Source: a virus (taxonomy: Duplodnaviria; Caudoviricetes). Taken from it: DNA of 56,874 nt. The DNA is taken from the IMG/VR virus record IMGVR_UViG_3300049491_000539, positions 1-56,874 of that record; one strand, written 5' to 3'. A model generated the notes under the pieces. It saw only the letters and a program-made list of their open reading frames with translations. It was not told the origin of the DNA and ran no database searches. Every line of letters begins with the position of its first letter. Position 1 is the first letter of the stretch. Below, piece after piece: positions 28,401 to 36,824 of the stretch. A program made the translations under genes and the position numbers.

Positions 28401-30377
28401 GTTGCTGATAAGACCAAATCCGCCGAAGACAAATTCAAGACTTATGAAGCCGTTCTTGCCGTCGTTAGTGGAACCGCAACTGAGGCTCAAAAGTCGCTTC
28501 TTGGCTTGAAGGAAACCACTGCCGAAGTCGCTGATTCAATGGATGGCGGCAAGACGGCTTTGGATAGTTATACCTCTGCAATCGACAAGCTAAAAGCGAA
28601 GGTTCCAGAACTCGCCGTTGAGTTGAAGAAGCTCAAAGACCTTTCCGAGATTGATGCGGCATACAAGACTGCTGTCGAAAACGCCACGACGGTTGGCCAA
28701 GTTTACGCCGCCAATGCCGCCCGCACCCAAGCCGTCACAGCGGTCATGTCTGAGGCTGACACGAAAGTATTCCAAGAGATCGCGGCGAATACGAAGGTCA
28801 CAAAAGACCTGTTCGACACGATTCACAAGGCTGAGAATTTCCGTCCGAAAGCCTACGACGACGGCTACGGAACTCAGACGATTGGCTTCGGCTCGACGCT
28901 TGTAAGCGGGCGTAAGGTTCAAGCCGGTGACACGATCACTCGTGACGACGCTATGCGTCAGGCCGTCAATGACATTGCCAAGATCGTCGCTCAGATTGAA
29001 GCCTTGGTCAAAGTTCCACTTGCTGACAATCAGCTAAAAGCACTCGTCTCATACGCCTACAATGCTGGCATAGGTTCTCTGGCAAGAGACGGTATTCTCA
29101 AGAAGCTCAATGCTGGTGACTACGGCGGCACAGCTGACGCGATACGAAACGGCGTAGTCACGTCCGGTGGCGTGTTCTCTCAAGCTTTGAAAAACCGGCG
29201 TGCTGACGAAGCCAACTTGTTTGCTTCCGGCAACGATAGCCCAGAAATTTTGAAATCAAAGCTTGAGGCCGAGCAAAAGATCACCGAGGAAAAACAGAAG
29301 CAATCAGAACTCACTCAGCAGACTATCTCGGATAGCGAGTTTGAACTTCAACAGGGTGAACTTATTGCGGCGGGTAAAGGTCGTCAGGCAGCAATTGAAG
29401 CAGCTATCCGTCAAGCTCGCCAGCAGAACAAAGACATTTCCTCGGAAGAGATTGCCAAGATAACGGAGATCACTGGAAAGCTCTACGATCAGAAAAACGC
29501 GACCAACGGGATCAAGGAAGCGGAAGAACGTGTCAACGAGCTTTACTTGCTGCGCCAGCAACTTATCGAAAATATTGAGTTCGCAAAATCAGCGGGAGAC
29601 ACGACGAAAGGATCAGCGCTGCAAACTCAGCTGGCAAGTGTCAATTCTGAGCTTGATGCAGCCGTCGCAAAGTCCATTCAACTATATCAGACCCTTGGTG
29701 GTCCTGGCGCTGATCTTGCCGTCGCAAAACTTGAGGCAATCAAGAATCAAGTCCAGCAGACCGGTGAAAAGAGCATCGTCACTGGCGATCAGATCAATCA
29801 GATGTTGGCTGGTGGATTGTCAAACGCCTTCGACCGTTTTGCTGAAGCCATAGCCAATGGTGAAAATACCATAGAATCGCTCAAGAATGCGTTTTTGCAG
29901 TTCGCTGCGGACTTCCTTCGTGAAATTGCTCAGATGATTATCAAACAAGCGATCCTGAACGCGTTACAGGGCGTCCTTGGGGGCGGCGGTGGTGGGATTG
30001 GTGGTATCATAGCCAACGGCATCAACGCGCTCATCAGACACGACGGGACGGTGAGTCACGGCACTACAGGCCCAACCCGCTCTGTCTCGGCTGCGCTCTT
30101 CACGAATGCTCTGCGCTACCACGGCGGCGGTATAGCTGGTCTCAAGCCAAGCGAAGTTCCGACGATCCTCAAAAAGGGTGAGGTCGTTGATCCTGGTGAC
30201 GGCTCGATATTCAGCAAAGTCTTTGGCGGTGGCGGTGGAAATTCTCAGCCGAAGATCATCAACGCCTTTGACGCATCAAGCTTCTTGGATGAAGCGCTGT
30301 CGAGCAAAGTGGGAGAAAAGGCGATTCTCAATTTTGTGCGCGGCAACAGCGGTGCATTCAAAGCGGCGTTGGGCTGA
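25485..30377 (+). CDS. Tape measure protein with an internal lysozyme-like domain
   Basis: 1630 aa helical protein; tape-measure motif [27 protein letters not shown]; lysozyme-like [11 protein letters not shown].G..TIGFG...AYNAG...RRADEA. Confidence 0.93.
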   Translation: [1630 protein letters not shown]

Positions 30378-30380
30378 CCG

Positions 30381-31583
30381 ATGGCTTTTGTCACTGACGC
30401 ACGTCTATGGAGATTTCCCCCAAACTGGTCAAACGCCTTTGATCTTGAGTATGAATACAAGACTGACATCCTGATCTCGCGCTCAGGTAAAGAACAGCGT
30501 CACTCATTGAGACAGTCGCCAAGGAAGTCAGCTTCATTTTCATCGATGATCCACACCAAGACGCTGCAAGATTTCGTGCGCGAAATGTCAGCGGCGCAAG
30601 ACGCCAAGTTCATTTTCCCAGAATACACGCGCTGGAAATTGACTTCAAACCAACTGAACATCGGCGCGAACACAATCACGCTACCTGTCGTCCCCGAATG
30701 GGTTTTCATCGGTGCGGTTGTGGTCATCCGAAAACAGGCAACATTAGACTTCTTTGAAGTCGCAAACGTCATCGACAACGATGTGGAGTTCACCACTACA
30801 GCCACTTCGATCTGGCCTGTCGGGTCGCTTGTTCATCCTGGCATTTATGGCTTTCTGACCAACGACATCGCGGCAAAGATTGCGACTGATAGAGTCGGCA
30901 CTGTCGAAGTTAGATTCGATTTTGACCCTGGCGCTGAGCCGATCCCACTACCTCCAAGCACACCTGTTGTTTTCAACGGTCGTGAACTTTTCATGCAAAA
31001 ACCAAATTGGGCAGACGCTCTGGTTCTAGGTTTCTCCAATGGAACTGAAACTCTTGATTATGGCTACGGAAGGATGGCTCGGCGAAATCCTGTTGCCTTT
31101 CAGACACGTCAGCAAAAAGCAAGCTACGTCGGAAAGACCAACGCTGAATCATTTCAGTTGATCGACTTCTTTGACAGGATGCAGGGCCGTCGGGATGAGT
31201 TTTACATGCCGACTTGGGAAGATGATCTCACGCCATTGGGCGGCCTCCTAACTGGCGTTGCGAGTATCACCGTCGAAGGTGAGCAAGCGGCTGTCGACTA
31301 TCTGAATGATACTGTGAACAAAGCTATCGTGGTGTTTCTTGACGACGGCTCATATCTGCTGCGGAAAGTCCTCACCAACGGCATTGCCGTCTTGAGCGGA
31401 AACACGGTCATACCGATTGATACTGCGTGGGGCGACACAATTCCTTCCAGCCGCATCAAGCGTGTCAGCTGGTTGCCTGTGTGGCGTTTTGGCAGCGACA
31501 AATTGACGGTGCAGTGGCTGACAAACACGGTCTCGCAGTTCGCATTGACGTTTCAGACGCTTGAAGATTTGACTGGAGACTGA
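30381..31583 (+). CDS. Distal tail protein
   Basis: PPNW....EYEYKTDIL.SRSGKEQR..LR..PR; GR..EFYMPTW; follows the tape measure gene. Confidence 0.75.
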   Translation: MAFVTDARLWRFPPNWSNAFDLEYEYKTDILISRSGKEQRHSLRQSPRKSASFSSMIHTKTLQDFVREMSAAQDAKFIFPEYTRWKLTSNQLNIGANTITLPVVPEWVFIGAVVVIRKQATLDFFEVANVIDNDVEFTTTATSIWPVGSLVHPGIYGFLTNDIAAKIATDRVGTVEVRFDFDPGAEPIPLPPSTPVVFNGRELFMQKPNWADALVLGFSNGTETLDYGYGRMARRNPVAFQTRQQKASYVGKTNAESFQLIDFFDRMQGRRDEFYMPTWEDDLTPLGGLLTGVASITVEGEQAAVDYLNDTVNKAIVVFLDDGSYLLRKVLTNGIAVLSGNTVIPIDTAWGDTIPSSRIKRVSWLPVWRFGSDKLTVQWLTNTVSQFALTFQTLEDLTGD

Positions 31584-31584
31584 G

Positions 31585-34143
31585 ATGAGTTTTGACGCAC
31601 GCGAGAAGAGCCGTCGCAAGGGTGACCCAATAACGCTCTACAATTTCAGTGGAGGAACCGACAAAACGACATTTGCCGGTCGCTCGCTCGAACAGCTGCT
31701 GCAAAGCGTTACGATCATTCCGGGAACAACTGAGTTCGGATACGGGACGACACGCGTCGATAAGGTCACCATTCTCATTGACCCTGAAACGGAAGCGCCG
31801 ATTCCAACAGACCCGACGCCGGAAAACTATCTGGCTGACCGCCATTCAACTGACTTCGTGAACTCGATCGAGGACTTGCTCCGTCGTGCGCCAAATCTGA
31901 AACACGTTTCTCTCGTCATTAGTTGGCACGGTGATGATCTGAGAATCGGGACGTGTCAGATACGTCCAAAAATGGAATATGCGGGGAAGGACACTATCCC
32001 TTATGAATGGTCAGTAGGGCCGGTCTACCGTGGAAACGCGGAACTTGTCTCCTATATCGCCGGAAAGCCGGCCGTCGGCGGTGCTCCATCGGATCGTTCA
32101 GTTTATGAAGCGATTGTTTTCCTCAAATCCAAGGGTTTGAAGGTCACCCTATATCCGTTCATCACGATGGACATTGAAGCTGGTAATTCTCTGCCAAACC
32201 CATACGGCGGCGCGTCTCAGCCTGAATATCCGTGGCGTGGTAGAATTACTTGCACGCCAGCAGCCGGTGAAGCCGGAACTGTTGACAAGACCGCAGCCGC
32301 CGCAACGCAAGTCGCAAATTTCTTCGGGACAACAACACCTGCTCATTTTGGCTGGAATTCAGGATTTAAGGAAGTAAATTATACCGGTCCAGCCAATGAA
32401 TGGTCTTTCCGTCGTCACATTTTACACATCGCACAAATAGCACAGGCTGCCGGTGGCGTTGATGACTTCTTGATTGGTTCAGAGATGATCGGGATGACCA
32501 CGATCCGCTCTGACGCCAGCACATATCCTGCTGTGGCGCGATTGAAAACGTTAGCAGCTGATGTGAGCGGGATGTTGGGTTCTGGCACCAGAATATCTTA
32601 CGCCGCCGACTGGTCTGAGTTTCACTCTCATCGCCCTTCGGATGGCTCGAATGACGTATTCTTTCATCTCGACGACCTCTGGTCTGACACGAATATAGAT
32701 TTCATTGGAATCGACAATTATTTGCCGCTGTCGGATTGGCGCAACGGCACAACACACTTGGACTATGTGGCGGGCTATCACTCAATCTACGACCGTCAAT
32801 ATCTCAAGACGGGCATCGAGGGTGGTGAGAACTACGACTGGTATTACACCAACGACGCGGCCAGAAATTCTCAGACGCGAACGCCAATAACAGATGGGTT
32901 AGGTAAGCCTTGGGTGTTTCGAAACAAGGACATCAGAAATTGGTGGTTGAACAGTCATTTTAATCGACCAGGTGGAACCGAATCAGGATCAGCCACAACT
33001 TGGTCTCCTGAGTCAAAGCCAATTGTTTTCACGGAAATTGGTTGCGGTGCAGTCGACAAAGGAACCAACCAGCCAAATAAGTTCATCGATCCAAAAAGCA
33101 GCGAAAGTTCCGCTCCCTATTATTCTTCTGGTCTTCGAGACGATCTCATCCAACGCGTGTTCCTCGAATCAAACTTGTCTTATTGGCGACCGCTGGACGG
33201 CGTGAACCCAACAAGCTCGGTTTACAGCGCTCCGATGATTGATTGGGGACGAATTTCTGTGTGGACGTGGGATGCGCGACCTCACCCGACGTTTCCGGAG
33301 CAAAGCGACTTTTGGGGCGATGCCGGAAACTGGTCGACTGGTCATTGGTTGAACGGTCGTTTGTTGCTCACTGATGCGACGATCACGTCAGACAACAAGT
33401 ATCTCTACACTGACGCCGAGCGACCTGTTGAATGGAATGGCGACACTTATGAGCCAGTTCCGATCAGGCGGGGAAGTATCAACTCAACGGGTAATTCTGA
33501 CAAAACGACGTTGGAGATTCAAACCTCAACAGAGATCGCGCTTGCTGAATTATTCCGCGTTTATCCGCCTTCAAACGTCGTGACACTCGTCGTCTTGCAG
33601 GGTCACTACACTGATGGTGAGTTCTTGGTTGTGTGGACAGGTAAGGTCGCGTCTGCCGGCCGATCTCACGGTGAGCTTTCGCTACAATGCGAACCCATCG
33701 CTACGTCGCTTCGTCGCCCTGGCCTTCGACGACACTATCAATATGGTTGCCCGCACGCGCTTTATGGGCCTCAGTGTAACGCTGATCTGAATGCTTCAAC
33801 GATTACCGCGACGGTTGAATCAAAGACTACGACGACGATCACCCTGCCGGTTGGATGGATTTCCGTCGCACTCGCGCCGAAGCACATTGGCGGTATGGTG
33901 AAGTGGATAAATTCCAGCGGCGATGTTGTCATCAGGACGATCCTGAACGTCAACAGCGCACGCGTGCTCACACTGTCAGCCGCTATTCCAGAACTTCTGG
34001 TCGGTGATTCTATTCAGGTCGTCCTAGGCTGCAATCATCAAATGACCGACTGCCGTGATCTACACAACAACATTCACAATTTCGGTGGATGTCCTTGGAT
34101 ACCCTCGAAAAATCCACTTTCGCAAATCAACAATTTCTACTAA
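31585..34143 (+). CDS. Tail hub protein (DUF2163/BR0599-like) carrying an inserted GTA TIM-barrel domain
   Basis: N-terminus SFDAREKS..G.PI.LY.F; C-terminus YQYGCPHALYG..C...GCNH....C...HNN..NFGG.PWIP..NP; middle region IIPGTTEF, YPWRGRIT, YAADWSE, IDNYLPLSDWR, WTWDARP. Confidence 0.85.
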   Translation: MSFDAREKSRRKGDPITLYNFSGGTDKTTFAGRSLEQLLQSVTIIPGTTEFGYGTTRVDKVTILIDPETEAPIPTDPTPENYLADRHSTDFVNSIEDLLRRAPNLKHVSLVISWHGDDLRIGTCQIRPKMEYAGKDTIPYEWSVGPVYRGNAELVSYIAGKPAVGGAPSDRSVYEAIVFLKSKGLKVTLYPFITMDIEAGNSLPNPYGGASQPEYPWRGRITCTPAAGEAGTVDKTAAAATQVANFFGTTTPAHFGWNSGFKEVNYTGPANEWSFRRHILHIAQIAQAAGGVDDFLIGSEMIGMTTIRSDASTYPAVARLKTLAADVSGMLGSGTRISYAADWSEFHSHRPSDGSNDVFFHLDDLWSDTNIDFIGIDNYLPLSDWRNGTTHLDYVAGYHSIYDRQYLKTGIEGGENYDWYYTNDAARNSQTRTPITDGLGKPWVFRNKDIRNWWLNSHFNRPGGTESGSATTWSPESKPIVFTEIGCGAVDKGTNQPNKFIDPKSSESSAPYYSSGLRDDLIQRVFLESNLSYWRPLDGVNPTSSVYSAPMIDWGRISVWTWDARPHPTFPEQSDFWGDAGNWSTGHWLNGRLLLTDATITSDNKYLYTDAERPVEWNGDTYEPVPIRRGSINSTGNSDKTTLEIQTSTEIALAELFRVYPPSNVVTLVVLQGHYTDGEFLVVWTGKVASAGRSHGELSLQCEPIATSLRRPGLRRHYQYGCPHALYGPQCNADLNASTITATVESKTTTTITLPVGWISVALAPKHIGGMVKWINSSGDVVIRTILNVNSARVLTLSAAIPELLVGDSIQVVLGCNHQMTDCRDLHNNIHNFGGCPWIPSKNPLSQINNFY

Positions 34144-34163
34144 AATCCATAAAAGGTTGATTG

Positions 34164-34391
34164 ATGGCTTGGTTTCTGGCACTGCTCATAGGACTCCTGT
34201 TGAACGTCGTCAGCTATTTGCTGATGCCGAAGGCCAAGACTTCAAAGCCGGAAGCCGCGAAGGACTTGGAAAGCCCCACAGCCGATGCCGGAAGACCTAT
34301 TCCAGTCGTCTTTGGTGAGGTCAATGTGAAAGGTCTGAACGTGCTATGGTATGGCGAGAAGGCGAAGGAAACGATCAAGATCAGCCCATGA
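34164..34391 (+). CDS. Small tail assembly protein
   Basis: PTADAGRPIPVVFG..V.G.NVLWYG. Confidence 0.8.
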   Translation: MAWFLALLIGLLLNVVSYLLMPKAKTSKPEAAKDLESPTADAGRPIPVVFGEVNVKGLNVLWYGEKAKETIKISP

Positions 34392-34573
34392 TCTATATGA
34401 CCGACATTCGCTTGGCTAACCATTGCTCAAGCGGAACCCGCAGGTGGTTTGATTCTCACGGTCTGGACTTTCGTGACTTCTTAAAGAACGGCATCCCAAC
34501 CAAAAAACTCAGGTCTCTAAACGATGGCTTCGCTGACCGCGTTATCCAGTTGAAGGCTTTGCGCGGTGGGTAA
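34388..34573 (+). CDS. Small tail assembly protein
   Basis: C..G.RRWF..HGLDFRDFLKNGI; Chi-like tail synteny. Confidence 0.78.
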   Translation: MIYMTDIRLANHCSSGTRRWFDSHGLDFRDFLKNGIPTKKLRSLNDGFADRVIQLKALRGG

Positions 34574-36824
34574 GAAAAGTTCCAACAAAATTGAGGTCAC
34601 GAAGTATCGAATGTCGATCCACACCGGCATTTGTCACGGACCTGTTGACGAGTTGATTTCGATCACGGTTGGAGAGAAACTGGCTTGGGAAGTGGGTGCT
34701 GCGTCAGCGGGAACTTACACGATTGACAAGCCAGAATTGTTCGGTGGTTTGAAGAAAGAAGGCGGTGTTGGTGGCGTCTTTGAGTTCTTCAAAGGTAATT
34801 ATTTTCAGACGATGCCGGAGCGACTAGCTCAGCGCCTCGGCCTCACGACTGCAACTTCTCCCGCCTATCGAGGCATCGCCTCACTTTTCTTCACGGCATC
34901 AGGCGCGGGTGGATTTTATTGGGTCGCCAACAGCCCATATTTGCAAGCCGTTCAAAGTCGTGTGCGCAGAAAGCCCGTTGGCCTTTCAGAGGCGACCGCC
35001 GTTATCAATCAAACGCGTCCATCGGGCGCTATCGTCAAGGACGTAAATCCCGCTCACATCATCTATGAATGTCTCACCAACACAGATTGGGGAATGGGTG
35101 CGAGCGCAACTTCCATTGATCTCGTCTCTTTCACGACGGCTGCCCAAACACTATTCACGGAAGCGTTCGGCCTATCAATGATTTGGACAAAACAGACGAG
35201 CATCGAGGCGTTCGTTCAGGAAGTGCTAGACCATATTGAGGCCACCTTCTACATCAATCCACGCAATGGGCTGATGACCTTGAAGCTCATCCGTGGCGAC
35301 TACACGGTAGGAACGTTGCGCCAGGTCAACCCAAACAACGCTGATTTGACAAATTTTCAAAGAAAGCTCTGGGGAGAGACGACCAATGAAGTCGTTGTAA
35401 CATGGACAAACCCAGACAACGAAGAAGAAGAAACCGTCACCACACAAGACCTCGGAAATATCTCTGTTCAAGGTGGAATTGTCACAGATTCAAGAAACTA
35501 TTACGGCGTGCGGAACGCCAGTTTGGCGACGAAACTCGGACATCGTGATCTCAGAGTCGTCTCTGCACCACTACAAACGTGTGAAGGTCGTCTCGACCGT
35601 AGCTTCTGGGATATTTTACCAGGCGAGGTCGTCTCAATCGTTTGGCCGGAAGAAGGCATGAACGGCGTGGTTATGCGTGTGGGGACCGTCGATTACGGTA
35701 AGCCCGGCGACCGTTATATTCGTGTGACGCTGATGGAGGATATTTTCTCACTTCCAACTGCCAATTACACTGAGCCAGTCGGGACAGCTTGGGTTGATAC
35801 ATCAGAGCATCCGCGAGCGGTTGATTTCTGGAATATTTTTACGCTGCCTTATTTCCTTTTGAAGGCACTGACTGAGCCTCAATATCTCGCTGAGGCGACT
35901 TACCCAACGGTCACGAGTGCGGTCCTTGCTGCGCAGATCAGCCTAGACACAAACGAGTTTGAGTTGATTGATGCTACGACCGACGAGCCGATTGGAACCC
36001 GCAGTATCGTCAACCGAGGGACACTATTCGCTGCGCTCATCGCAGAAGTAGTCAGTGTCAATGTTCGGATTTTCAATCCTTCTGACGGTGCTACCGTGCA
36101 AGTTGGTGACTTTTGTATCATTGGTCCACACGACGAATCCTTACATGAGTTTTGCTTGGTCGTCGGTGTAAGTGTCGTTGGTGGAAATCAGTTCGTCGAT
36201 CTGCAACGCGGCTGCCTCGACACCATTCCTCATGCTTGGTCAGCCGGTGTGGAGGCGTGGTTCGTCAACGCCAACGACACCATTGATGACGACTCAGACC
36301 TTCAAGCGGGAATGACCGCAGAATATTGGATACTTCCACGAACGTCTTTTGGATTGCTCGACCGCGCCGATACTGACGTGAAGTCAGCTGTATTGACGGA
36401 TCGCCCTTGGCTACCGACGCGACCGGCAAACGTTTCAGTGGAAGGTGTTTTCTTTGATGGATTAACACCTATTGACGCGAGGGCGTTGACTCAACTAAAT
36501 GTGGATTGGTCAAATAGAAATAGATTGACTGAGGATTCTGTGATGCTCCCGTGGGATAGTCCTACGGTGACTGTCGAAGCTGGTCAAACAACGACGGTGG
36601 CCGTTTATGATTTGCTCGGAATTCTGATTACAGCGCATGACGGGTTGACCGGAACGAGTTTTATTCTGCCAAAAACTTCATTCGGAACGGCGGACTACGG
36701 CTTTGTCAAAGTCACTTCTAAACGCGCTGGTTTGGAGTCCTTACAAGGTCACAAAATATTGGTCTGGGCCGCTGACAATCTTGGCTACGGCTACAACTAC
36801 GGCGAAGACTATGGAGGTCCGTAA
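34566..36824 (+). CDS. Central tail tip / host-specificity protein
   Basis: GICHGPVD, PAYRG, NPAHIIYECLTN.DWG, KLIRGDY, RG.LDT.P..W; ends GYGYNYGEDYGG. Confidence 0.85.
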   Translation: MGKKSSNKIEVTKYRMSIHTGICHGPVDELISITVGEKLAWEVGAASAGTYTIDKPELFGGLKKEGGVGGVFEFFKGNYFQTMPERLAQRLGLTTATSPAYRGIASLFFTASGAGGFYWVANSPYLQAVQSRVRRKPVGLSEATAVINQTRPSGAIVKDVNPAHIIYECLTNTDWGMGASATSIDLVSFTTAAQTLFTEAFGLSMIWTKQTSIEAFVQEVLDHIEATFYINPRNGLMTLKLIRGDYTVGTLRQVNPNNADLTNFQRKLWGETTNEVVVTWTNPDNEEEETVTTQDLGNISVQGGIVTDSRNYYGVRNASLATKLGHRDLRVVSAPLQTCEGRLDRSFWDILPGEVVSIVWPEEGMNGVVMRVGTVDYGKPGDRYIRVTLMEDIFSLPTANYTEPVGTAWVDTSEHPRAVDFWNIFTLPYFLLKALTEPQYLAEATYPTVTSAVLAAQISLDTNEFELIDATTDEPIGTRSIVNRGTLFAALIAEVVSVNVRIFNPSDGATVQVGDFCIIGPHDESLHEFCLVVGVSVVGGNQFVDLQRGCLDTIPHAWSAGVEAWFVNANDTIDDDSDLQAGMTAEYWILPRTSFGLLDRADTDVKSAVLTDRPWLPTRPANVSVEGVFFDGLTPIDARALTQLNVDWSNRNRLTEDSVMLPWDSPTVTVEAGQTTTVAVYDLLGILITAHDGLTGTSFILPKTSFGTADYGFVKVTSKRAGLESLQGHKILVWAADNLGYGYNYGEDYGGP

